From the NCBI GenBank assembly GCA_964628855.1, contig CAZVMV010000004.1, positions 5,254 through 69,253 on the forward strand: 64,000 bases of DNA, read 5' to 3'. How positions within the stretch are numbered: position 1 is the first letter of the stretch; every line of letters begins with the position of its first letter. The stretch is from an uncultured Gammaproteobacteria bacterium (GTDB taxonomy: Bacteria > Patescibacteriota > Patescibacteriia > UBA10025 > JAHIVO01). A program made the position numbers and the translations under genes. The notes beneath the pieces are model-generated. The model was not told where the DNA came from, searched no databases, and saw only the letters and a program-made list of their open reading frames with translations. Positions 34,901-37,584 of this stretch are shown here, piece after piece.

Positions 34901-35325
34901 TCACTGTCAGTACAAACAATCTGAACCTAGGCACACTTTCTACCGGCTCTGTCGCTACGGCCTCACATACTATCCAAACTGTTTCCAGTGCTGATTATGG
35001 ATACGTCACCCTAGTGTATGTAGATGGTGAATTGCGCAGCGGAAGCAACACAATTAACGCCTCCACTGGGACACTTGCAGCCGGTACTGAAGGATATGGC
35101 ATAGCCACCTCTGATGCCAGCCAAACTATTGTTCAGGATAGTAGTTGTGGCAGCGCGCCATACAATGCGACCGCACTTAGTACGTCCCAACAAGCAGTGG
35201 CCGGAGCTACGTCAGGGCCGGTGAATGAAACTTCAACCGTCTGTTACCAAGCTGCCATAGCCAGCGATACGGTAGCTGGCTATTACGGTCAGGTCGTTAC
35301 ATATGTTACGGTTGGATTGTATTAA
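10912..35325 (+). CDS. giant (8137-aa) HTH-TM-anchored repetitive surface protein, predicted beta-helical fibre/adhesin
   Basis: Single open frame of 24,414 nt. The only in-frame start candidate after the stop at 10891 and before the HTH is GTG 10912. Order of parts: HTH_17/MerR-like LLTIKQVCEILEVHPNTLRNWDDSGRLKAVRVG; TM helix FSVFVYSTVLVAFTFFVVQAIFF; non-repeat Ig-like region; then T/G/S/N/A-rich repeats (FYNLTI, GNLTI, SGTFT, NW(T/S)NNGTF); then a C-terminal 143-aa domain shared with the next gene. Confidence 0.9.
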   Translation: MIFFSKGSEKQKPTWFGGKTTKKIDWLALPKLLTIKQVCEILEVHPNTLRNWDDSGRLKAVRVGVRKDRRYEKEEIQKLYQQQHPAAPEKPNVKLPEPSDGGKYVLKPGLSATKVKLLLISKKFSVFVYSTVLVAFTFFVVQAIFFARIYIVQAENQPLGTFAYSIQPSAVSGWNNADAAKTIDLSGSATADSFSEKNSAVFQNKPLVAKPGEVSTGKEIDIENNVLEASGFTVPEDAPQFGTIKQADILLSLAADSFKSNEDVLSISYSLDNGVTWNDVESFALDGSSSNSTHGGLWKFTLAGQDGFSINTVDKLRVKVAYHPTVGAETSTAYVDGVSLAMDIEEASNVVDQIEESVALAKTDFQPDEQPKIDVQVKDSKMLGLSKKNRTIKSVKITDTYGREIDQAYYSKKEIKDGGDVTAQYVVDTKHFSKPGVYHATFEIEQDGQIETVTRDFTWGVVVLDTMKTVYRPGETVKTAIGVVDSGGHTVCDAQLTLEVVAPDKSKTVFSTKKGTITKSQECGPFTVTNVPDYASEFTASQLGDYTMNLTATTKEGTNSITETVRVQESIEFDITRLGPSRVYPRENYTMYLEVVPTHDYTGTFRELVPSTFAIPKINNDGAVTTLDEFNKAITWNVDWQAGQVYTLSYEMDPPNVSPELFQLGPAKVGTFSELRQWNIASDATCTSNVATGNWNVGGSWTGCGVNGPVAGDSVIIASGHMITIPTATSAAAASIVINANGSGAALNGLTFATNTSTLALTSSITMNASSSANDSIIALDAGTISGATTLSIAGSATSGNLSTFRVSTGTATFSGAITFSGTAAQANLTFTGAGTVSTTSLGTGGTFTRSTGTMKFTNSVAYNLTAYSYYNLEIAGSNTVTTQANTSLGGNLTITSGTFVGGANFSLTVAAMTSVTGTFSNVAGATGTYTFTGNVTVNSGGTFNPTTAAHAMTFNCSSITINSGATTFNTGTGTLTFGVNSKTITNNASITATFGGAATANVATGFAGSGAITFSSTFAIASGITVTNNNTNANGVYITGNLTGGLATSTWSNGSTTANTVARFGGAVLATGTLTPSTVNANTIAYVGATQSVKSPSANYYHLTLSGSGTVTLPGAITTTGDLTISTITTTTAGNTSVGGNLAVSSGTLTGGANFSLSVTGTTTIGGTLNNAAGATGTYAFTGAVTVNSGGSFNPTTAAHATTFANNITINSGATTFNTGTGALTFQTNTIAIANNANITATFGGAATANSGVTFSGAYPITFSSTFAIAAAVTVTNNNTDSTSGVTITSDLTGGNATTSIWTTGASSYTTFNGAVLATGALTPSASSNTITYGGAAQTIKTTTTNNYYHLALAGSAAKAWPGAITIGGNLTLSGTATTNINAGTTTITGDITVGTGTTLTLSAATTVNGGDITVTSTGAIAYSGTPTLTMGATGAIGGTGNISIYTLTTSGTGTTTWNGSGTNTIASGITVGASTTLSIGSSTTVSAGAISVTGTLNITAGTITASSSTVTFNSGSAATWNGGSIALSAITSNAGTGNINISNTVTTTGTITQNAGTYTYSGSANVTFSGQMLIYGGTANFTGGTVRGGTASNTSHIRVRGTTEFNLAGGELYCGYNSVFELLNGAGTVTFKMSSGNIYCRGYLVYGTGDLVTNDADITGGTLHMGYQNLGGTGSYYDVETTNAHFFYNMQIDENSSIQNITTQPLKLKGSFTIQSGITFTAAPSHTSGTLAFSMEVKGNWTNNAGTFTSYWTDGTNISTSTVTLNGTGTAQQTMSGTMTGTSSFYNLTVTNAGSSNPDVIFGAAATTTNTFTAVTASSQIQFLAGATYTFQNIVFNGQGTGTRVTLSSSTTSNWTIAVAGTQSVLNTTASYSTASGTAINATDASNLDGGNTTNWNWPPVGISISGTATGNDNNYVKVAINSTRQAGKYAQISTGTWTISGVTAPTSGDTITVWVEPTSADGDLAIANETTAITKYDGAGNVTGMVLTLHTVTIGSGDNQTLTLTEAGKYTNTNDEDVMSDFTSSTFYTDKWSAYSDDVLKILGSNGLTVGTSESLQTHDLDNAGTLTGSGNATFSVNGNWLNSSTFTPNSSTVTFSSGTSGQTINNGASTFYNVTIDASGGSYSPLTNTLQITGSLLVSAGTLNNSAGTASITVNGDVQCGATCGTISLTSGTFTVSTSGAVTKMFGTNIAVATDWTFNNLTLTSTSGANTVRTNANGTGKIIVNGSMSLTNSGTTLTFDNETNDRILDVVTLGWNTNTVFQASSTAAFTVSGYMNGQLGTFTAGTGTVTLDSNTSRWINNGTGFYNLILDGVGGEWYSDQAAITVNNDLTVTNGTLSYGGYATTVKGNVQCGATCGTINMSGGTFTVSTSGAVTKMFGTNVLVATDWTFYDLTLTSTSGANIVRTNGTGTGQIIVTHNMSLTNSGTSLTFDSNTNDRIIDIGGSLSIAANTVFQASSSASLTIAAGFANSGTFTHNSGTVTLDGTGSITGNGATFNNLTIGGSSATTTDSANITVAGLLTVNNTDILTVGNGITLTYTGASDMSLTGTLGSSGTGMVTFPDGSGGPGTGGTLSAAVRFDHSIANVAATTFDARTYGGSVEIYDGSCMGYSTIANTGTYIFNSTLTFNAGPISDGCPTIDFNTNDPTTTFNGDITISASASFYASSSGTTNIKANYTNSGQFYANSGTISVNGTGTQTFGGSMIGAWGAFSTLTITNTNGTYTNDSCGTPSAYGVVFSAAMTTGTFNIQNSGGQSPKVRFLSGATYTASSAINFSGVTGQRVVLRPSTTAAWTLAAPATQTVTYVDVSYSTATGNAVNASDGTNKDCNNNTNWTFVSGISISGSANGNNAATVKVAVNGTEQAGKTGTIGSSTWTITGVTTPTSGDVITVWVDNVTDETNESTAVTKYSSGNITGMVLNNNILTIGSANNQSLTITNLSQWTCANDEDVMHSVASGVLEVQGTDAGCGANPANSYTAEGLSILGSNTLTVAGASSETINTHDLTITGNLTSTTTAAYGVSGSWTNNGTFNYASSTVTTSASGSFAGSSTTTFYNLTIGGSSATMTASSSIMVSNTLDVNSTDILSIDNTKYVTHTGATLTLNGTISGAGTYSYLSATAFPTTGTITAALSIRSSTQNQILSARTYGGSVDIYLDSSTFAKTVTMGTNVGQTITITGFLSVTDFNSQNVTLDGGTYNPTVNVGSSLSFQQVAAGVPAITTGTGTWTVSGGVVLSGGTFTATAGNTLVMNGAGSNLITASQTLQNLTLSSSINLASATHTIAGDLNLTGSTITANTSTIVMTGNKTITGGSQTLYNLQISGLVTLQTSNLTVSGTLTVDSSKQLTIDTGIGLTNSGSSDVAGTGSIVGNGVLIFNNTSTGGPGGTLSSINVDVMFDATAGNIPAAVVDARTYGGSVTAYSSTELANRTVFAPSSGTFTINKHLIVQCDGCMGLTLDMDDTTDPTLTMIGTSPYQLHIFTGGTFLAPSSTTITLEGDFVNEGTFTANGGTVKMTGTSSINGSSDTSFSSLTIGDNTVGTITVNGTDDPTVTGTLTFTAPAVTVNTLSIGSGRTVTSSGSADIAGTVGTISGAGTLEFTSTSTGGPGTAITITAPVRFNASGGNIPAAVFDARTYDGAVEFYNNNAAARSVTAPTSGTYYFNSTVTTTCSACGGLTLDLDDTSDPTVNIVGAFTIGASTTIQAPSSVALSTGSDFTNNGTFTANSGTVTMLGPTSQLNGSSDTTFANLNIGDGGVTDEITVSGTNDPSITGTLNITANCGFTISSGRIATLGSTGSFTFTGALQGGGVFSYMPSTAFPTSGALSGSTTLRMDTTNNDQSLGARSYTGPVEIYNTSNSNARTVTAGTAGSQTITFQNAVTLIRYGSQGVTLNFDTWDPTTTFNSDVTINSVTTLIANSTGTFQIKGNYSNSGTFTDSGGTVTLSGTTQQTMSGTMTGSSDFNNLTITNASAANPDVIFSASATTAATFTAATANTQIQFLAGGNFTFQNIIFNGQDSGTRVVLTSSTTSAWNIIVAGTRSVLNTSVSYSTASASYANIDASDASNFDAGNNIRWDFSVNISVGGTIYSDDGGTAYNCSSNNLTVNVKVNGAGSYTSTCTAANGAYSVTNISAGAGTVITVYLDNETPNATLVTRSNNASIATAHLYQDRIILRDEDGTSISNTNLDQYDSGNEGDTIDGDIGFTVATGALTVSNTRELHIWTGKTYTPGGTVTTNPSGTYGDLHIGSGSTLTMAANALSIGGSYNNEGTFSYSGTPTVTFTATDVGRGITPGTGNFYNLTFNGSGGIWGIDQGTTLTVNGSVTVTAGTLSGANGNLIINGGGFSGNGSVNLSDGTITMNATGNLGGTTAWTLYNLTVATGKTVTTAGSATVTNTLSVAATNAISIGAGTTLTLTGGTLTFGGTFSGTGTFVLNSTATIPATGTISCPVRIDMTGVPNGYDFLVGRTYGSNLELYSNDTVLKQVHFGTADSQTFNISGSLYITAANTGNMQLTESYTLTINVAGDVDFLGAGSGTETITACTSSTCTVTGNIDFTNGSTGAQGNYTMNGGSVNLYGNNQSVSTLTTSGTVTATIASAITTSSLIVGSGTTVNANSNVTVTSTVSGDGTLTYNSGTPTFTLSGTGNFGGSGAPAWVFYNLTLSTTGSNFTTTGTGTNAITINNVLESQCVDINFDEACDRYHVLNAGGKTWELAGSGTAFNNMGGLTASTSTFRYTNATSVTPTATTYNNLSLNPGSGTPTYTLSGTYIIGGNLVVTSNVTITPGSSTVRMTGAGTSADIQGKTLNNFETNGTATVTLSSGMIANANVTVGTGTTLTANGNITFFGNLTGDGLLTYNSGTPTVTVGQVQNASHTIGGATGWTFYNLTFQHTGNTTGDVTTASGSGSMTINNVMSINGYGSSCASRDGYYDCRHTLSAGTKTWTMTGSGTPFATANGVFTPNTSTVQYTGTNATTIASATAGVGSISFYRLYLQPSGAGNPTYTLPAAMPTISNNFLIGDGVNAVTVSGTVGNPAFSTGGNLSCTAGATNTINSGTGMWTVGGNFDLRNCTYTATAGNTVRMTGNGTTLYHNSTTLQNFQVGSGVTVNSTNGNFTIAGNFTINTNGVFSSTSGILSVGGNITNNGSFSPNAGTLALTTSTASLISGTAGTLTLASLSVSGIGAAKSITVANGFIISITSTFTLNGASGQVISLQSQSGGTAWELQLQGTVTAQTVHYVSVQDSNACNGTYRVQAYDGTNTNVSNNPCWDFTSITVGGNSNQTSGTVRVALGVEPRLETGTIQANGTWSVTVGAPATDTMVTSWISSRNPAGATAVTKYDGVGNITGMVLNSTTVTIGSGDNPSITASELAGAYNGPTDILIVDNIGLCTGNCIEIDPSSFYADDTFNISTGTTVTFTSNGTTDQLNAHNVVIGGTLAATNSPNFDISGSYTNNGVFTRGSSTVYFTSSTTETLTGTLSGASSFYAVVFNNGSGTWSNGSAMAVVENMTITAGTFNANNNLTVSGGSIVGNGILSYASGTPTVTIPSASGNLGGDTGWTFYNLHLSATTNCADRTTTATGNGAMTVNNTLTIDGRLDPGGQCNCSEGGGGGPNCYGRQLAAGNKIWTLAGTSPIVVNGAFTANTSTVVYTSGSALNVPSLGYYTLHLKPASSATYTLPTTGTFAVGGDLVIGDATHIATVTGATNNPTFAIGGNMSCTAGVTHVVTTGTGNWTVGGNVDLTNCGTFTATSGHTFTMTGTSKNFTSGGKTIHNFTTSGTASVTLTTNAVIANGDFTVNANTTLSGSQNVTVNGGDFTGAGTVNFSGGTTTILGTGTLGGSSTPDWTMSNISLTQPASCATVCDAGCAQTTSTGAGAGKMNITGTITGSSCSYSCGIEETCYSNHGLNAGTKTWDFTYNGLPMNNLSFGRETSTVRYVGTQNMTVAPLTYYKLLLQPASGTPVYTLGGQIYAGNDLTIASTLNLAEGTNSVFVGGMGSTCTVDVGGQTLYDLQTGSGGADTINLTSDLTVSRYLIVGQYDADTLNITSGKTATVESSGANGSRGLMGDGTINGGTIVYRDPDMLFPDLTINSDFIYDSVSANQEIGPRSFGGNLTFENTGALARVDTVDAGTHTVSGNLVVQSTGSGGISVTGASGNPTVNVTGNLSYGASNSKTITTGSGTWTVSGDVNFTNGTYTASTNNTLAMNGSSKTLTPAGNSLYNFNQTGGSVALSGTPVTVSNNFTITSGAFTSTSGTLNVGANFSNAGTFNANTGIVALTSSTAATITGNTTFSTLQAKSIGAAKTISFTGNSTTTASTFDIEGSSGNIITLQSTNSNDWHINSASSTVDYTTVSHSYNDATDAICANHSTDGLNNTNWSFSSGASCGQRLYGTIYTNEGTSAYNCSANNLTVKLVVNGNSTQTATCTGSGGTFNSYVSGTTGQPITVYIDGETPKAVTVSRYGADTTINGFNLYQNELIVRHEDASAITNADLGTYDYDNDTDIPYTSNSNNLVVNANTKLYVWGSKTFTPGGTVTTAASASSAGLEGDIYIAGSANLSMGSNALSVGGDYYNAGSLSHSGTQTTTFTATGADFSIHSNSSPFHNLTFNGSGGDWTPTDSLAIDNDLAMTNGALLGSQNITLGGSATGSSSINLSGGTFTHTPTAAANFGTTSGSTNWTFSTLTFSNAVSSTPTTTLSAGGTGQIIATSNLNLTNGGTSLIVDATANDRILNVDGTVTIGAGTTLQSSNSAAFYVGNNWSNSGTFTANGGTVTFDANTTGHTLTDGGSDWGNVTFNNASGGWSFADATTLAGDITMTAGTLSGTNNITVNGGDFNGGGTVTLTGGDLTLNGDGTFSGSSNQWEFYDLSLGLTGVCTNGNNKTTNTTGTGNIKITNTLETEACSCGESCTSTHYLNAANGGISKTWELAGIGTPITGSIYMSNVSTEDSTFKYTGQGTTNVSGVFHNLELATTSGSSQNYNLNGANIYGNLLVNANTNIVAGTSALHMYGTGTIDANDETFYDFYVDGTDNTVTVQNTGFSVSRGFSVTDGETLSINSGQTVTHTGNIYLLNTSGTVSGAGTMRFTDTSSGPGTGGTLSSIVRYDASAGNVGTSTFDARTYGSDVEAYSNSANIRSIALASGSQNITGDLKIITGASQSEVLTVSAAANPTLSVRNITFTTGGSATPAITSGSGTWTATGDVNFTNGTFTATTGNTLQMNGSGKSITSASQSLQNFAVTGGSISSADAMVVAGTFSLTSGAFTQHATSNLSVAHDFTLQSGTTFTKSATSGKLKFNGDLVYTDNNAVKKDVGVVEIGGSPDTVDLASDMAATSVTVLSGANSLVTNGYDADLGTGGLTVNGTLDATDDVETDGTAINTQGDVTIDAAATFTHDNNATIIFDAASGTNNLITNGKPLYNLTIDDGGGSLVVEAEDPLTTNNNVTITNGTLDTVSGENNAISVGGNWTNNDTFTVRSSVVTFNGTGAQALSGTMTGSSTFNEVNVTNTGGTVSLSNAFAATGNFTIGAGATFSQGTNNTMTLTGDTVLISNTGAFTKDAGSGILILDGVSDNQTFEDANGTKQNLGNVQIGQSPGKTKLKSDFAATSLTIASGDTFETKGWEVDLSGALDCQGTCILDLTDIGPNNEGDGTIITLGGNWTMSGTGTFTPSTDSRVEPDGTADQTITTGGKAFWNFYGNNAGASDAVDDMIVSGNLTVNGALTVNDGELDLETNDPTTDIAGDVTINSNGELNSTSTGTFTAAGGWTNAGTLTANSGTIKFDAPSGTKSINSTGATTASFNNLTLDDNAGSAVFQQGSALDVNGNLLITGGTLDTNSGSSWAITVGGNWTNNDTFTANSGTVTADGASQQTFSGTLTGSTGKFNNLTITNASGSDPDTSPSVILSGNLETAGTFTATTANTKLRFNAASTYTLQNIDFNGQAQHTRVYLRSSSGGNAWNLNSAGTRTVKNTDVKDSYACGQPPDIDGSHVSNKNNGGNTCWNFQSLTFTVSTNNLNLGTLSTGSVATASHTIQTVSSADYGYVTLVYVDGELRSGSNTINASTGTLAAGTEGYGIATSDASQTIVQDSSCGSAPYNATALSTSQQAVAGATSGPVNETSTVCYQAAIASDTVAGYYGQVVTYVTVGLY
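13519..14955 (+). repeat. tandem intragenic repeat (2 units of about 231-248 aa; a third unit starts at 14956)
   Basis: Units begin YYNLEIAGS (13519), YYHLTLSGS (14212) and YYHLALAGS (14956). They share FTG(N/A)VTVNSGG(T/S)FNPTTAAHA.TF...ITINSGATTFNTGTG.LTF...ITATFGGAATAN...ITFSSTFAIA..(I/V)TVTNNNT. Confidence 0.85.
17254..18408 (+). repeat. tandem intragenic repeat (2 units of about 194 aa) with a Cys-containing core
   Basis: Units start at FYN (17254 and 17836). The core VQCGATCGTI...GAVTKMFGTN..VATDWTF..LTLTSTSGAN.VRTN matches at 73 of 93 aa by hand count, while third codon positions differ heavily. Confidence 0.85.
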
Positions 35326-35395
35326 AGTCGTCTTAAGCTATATAATATATTCATGGCCGAATAGGGCTGGAATTGGGGAAAAAGGCTTATAATTC

Positions 35396-35424
35396 TTGCC
35401 AAGCGTCAAAAAGTGTGTTATAAT
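35396..35424 (+). promoter_or_regulatory. sigma70-like extended -10 promoter for the downstream surface-protein operon
   Basis: TTGCCA, 17-nt spacer, then TGTTATAAT. A 9-bp 5'-UTR hairpin AGCGTTTTT/AAAAACGCT lies at 35448-35470. Confidence 0.5.
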
Positions 35425-35521
35425 GAAATAGAATTTAATATAAGGTTAGCGTTTTTCGTCAAAAAACGCTGAAAAAACAAAGAATAATTAAAATATAATT
35501 AATAAGCTAAAGCAAACGTAT

Positions 35522-36556
35522 ATGAAGCTTGCCAAAAAGATCAGTGTGGCCATCTATGCGGCGCTTTTTGTATTTACCATGGTATTGCCATGGACCGTCG
35601 CCCAAGCCGCCACCCTAACCACGCCTCGAGATTATCTAAGTCGTGTTGCGGAAAACTTAACCACCGGCGAAGTACACCAAGTGTTCTTTACCACCGCCAC
35701 AGCCGTTTCCGGTGGTGTTGGGGCTAATTCAGTTATCATAGTTTTCCCTGATGGCGATGATGGTAAATGGTGTGCCACTGCAGGTTCTGACCTTACGGTT
35801 TCTGGCATTGCCAACCCAACAGGTGGCAGCGAAAGCGCAACAACCTTGCCGGGATCTTTAGCTGCGGCCTGTACCCAGGGCGCCGGCGCCTCAAGCTTTG
35901 ACACTATCACCGTTTCCAGTGTCAATAATCTTTCAGCTGCGACCAAATATGGCGTCCAAATATCAGACGGCTCAACCGGCAAACTCGGCACTCCAGCCAA
36001 CACCACCACAGGTCTATTAACCATTAAAACAAATAATGGTTCAACTGACGTTGATTCAGCCCAGGCGGCCGTAGACATCATTGCCAATGACCAGGTGTCT
36101 GTTTCTGCTACTGTCCCGCCGAGCATTACCTTTACCTTGAGTGCGAACAGCATCAACCTTGGCACACTTTCTACAGGCGCAGTTGCTAACTCGACGCACA
36201 CCGCCCGGACAGTCACCAATGCCGCAAATGGCTATGTTACCTATGTCTACTCAGACGGTAACTTACGTAATGGAAGCAATACTATCGCCGCTACCACCGG
36301 CACGCTGGCCGCTGGAACCGCCGGATATGGTATTGCCACTTCCGACGCCAGCCAGACAGTAACCCAGGATGCCGCTTGTGGCAGCGCCCCATATAATGTC
36401 ACTGCACTGACCACCTCACAGCAATCGGTTGCTGGCGCGACATCCGGACCCGTAGACGAAACTTCCACGATATGTTATGCCGCGGCCATCGCCTCGGATA
36501 CAGTCGCCGGTGCATACACCCAGACAGTAACCTTCGTAACCGTCGGTCTGTTCTAA
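35522..36556 (+). CDS. secreted protein carrying the same C-terminal domain as the giant protein (WxL-like/CscB-like candidate subunit)
   Basis: Signal peptide ending AQA-A. The last 143 aa align without gaps to the last 143 aa of the giant ORF, with 106 identities by hand count. Ends VTFVTVGLF versus VTYVTVGLY. Confidence 0.85.
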   Translation: MKLAKKISVAIYAALFVFTMVLPWTVAQAATLTTPRDYLSRVAENLTTGEVHQVFFTTATAVSGGVGANSVIIVFPDGDDGKWCATAGSDLTVSGIANPTGGSESATTLPGSLAAACTQGAGASSFDTITVSSVNNLSAATKYGVQISDGSTGKLGTPANTTTGLLTIKTNNGSTDVDSAQAAVDIIANDQVSVSATVPPSITFTLSANSINLGTLSTGAVANSTHTARTVTNAANGYVTYVYSDGNLRNGSNTIAATTGTLAAGTAGYGIATSDASQTVTQDAACGSAPYNVTALTTSQQSVAGATSGPVDETSTICYAAAIASDTVAGAYTQTVTFVTVGLF

Positions 36557-36632
36557 TAAAAACATTTCATTCCTCCGCCAAACGACATTTGGAGGGGAGG
36601 GTAGAATTATTTATTAAATAATCAGTCGTCAT

Positions 36633-37556
36633 ATGGCGAAAAAAATCTCACTCATAGCCATCGCTACCCTGTTCGTGGCTGCCCTGGCTCTGCCACACCA
36701 TGCGGGCGCGTTGACACTAAAGCCAACGTCACGCGAAGTGTTGTTAACGCCGGGTGAAAAAACGGTCACATCAGTTGACCTGGAAAATGAAACACAAAAA
36801 GAAATCCAACTTACGACCCAAGTGGTGAACTTCACCGCAAAAAACGAGACAGGAGAGCCGGCTTTTGATTTTAATGCCACGCCGACTGACATCGCGACCT
36901 GGACCGCACCGGAGATTGGACCATTTACCCTGACGCCGGGCCAGAAACAGACGGTACTGGTGACCTTCAACACCCCTGCCACCGCGACACCGGGTGGGCA
37001 TTACGTCGCCGTCTTCTTTAACGAGGTGCCCAGCAATGACACTACCAAAGTAAATATCGAGTCCAAATTAGGCGCCCTATTCCTGGCCACAGTGAAAGGG
37101 ACATACGCCCAGTCCGGGGAAATCGCCACCTTCACTACTGCAGGGAACAAAGCCTATTTCGACAAGGCTCCGATATCATTCGTCTTCCGTTATTCCAACA
37201 CTGGCGACGTCCACCTGAAACCCACTGGCACATTAACGATCAAGAACATGTGGGGCAAAGTCGTGAAAACCATCACCGTCAACGAAGAGCTGGGCGCGAC
37301 GCTGCCAAACACCTCCCGTGAATATTCCATTGCTGATTGGAAAAACATCGGCAGCGGTTATGGGCAATACACGGCGACCCTGACCCTGAAATCAGGCACA
37401 GTTGAGAACACCAAAACCATACATTTCTGGTTTTTCTCGGGGGTTTCAATGATTGTTATCATTGTCGTTGCAATAATCCTCATCTTGCTCGCAGTCATGC
37501 TTTTGAAAAAGTCCCAAGGGTCCTCAGCCGTTACTCCAAGCAATCCAAAGAAATAA
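36633..37556 (+). CDS. cell-surface protein, signal peptide plus two beta-sandwich domains plus C-terminal TM anchor (DUF916/DUF3324-like, CscA-like)
   Basis: Signal peptide (ALPHHAGA). The L.PGE/Q...V..N pattern and GGHYVAVFF are shared with its paralog. C-terminal helix VSMIVIIVVAIILILLAVML is followed by KKSQG. Confidence 0.8.
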   Translation: MAKKISLIAIATLFVAALALPHHAGALTLKPTSREVLLTPGEKTVTSVDLENETQKEIQLTTQVVNFTAKNETGEPAFDFNATPTDIATWTAPEIGPFTLTPGQKQTVLVTFNTPATATPGGHYVAVFFNEVPSNDTTKVNIESKLGALFLATVKGTYAQSGEIATFTTAGNKAYFDKAPISFVFRYSNTGDVHLKPTGTLTIKNMWGKVVKTITVNEELGATLPNTSREYSIADWKNIGSGYGQYTATLTLKSGTVENTKTIHFWFFSGVSMIVIIVVAIILILLAVMLLKKSQGSSAVTPSNPKK

Positions 37557-37584
37557 ATTTCAGAAATCGATAAACTCTGCAGTT

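Noticed and set aside
11121-35193. Dozens of 60-296-aa ORFs on the minus strand inside the giant gene (for example 33060-33950, 23796-24596, 33966-34655 and 12858-13484), translating to V/P/A/L-rich sequences.
   Set aside because: They are antisense shadows of ACN/GGN/AGC/AAC-rich codons. The complement of those codons rarely gives stops. They tile only the repeat region, overlap each other in different frames, and have no starts with promoter or RBS context and no motifs.
34888-36556. A possible diversity-generating retroelement (template/variable repeat pair), suggested because the C-terminal domain occurs twice within 1.3 kb.
   Set aside because: The two DNA copies differ at many positions of all base types, largely synonymous, rather than showing adenine-specific mismatches on a near-identical background. 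No reverse transcriptase ORF is present in the window.
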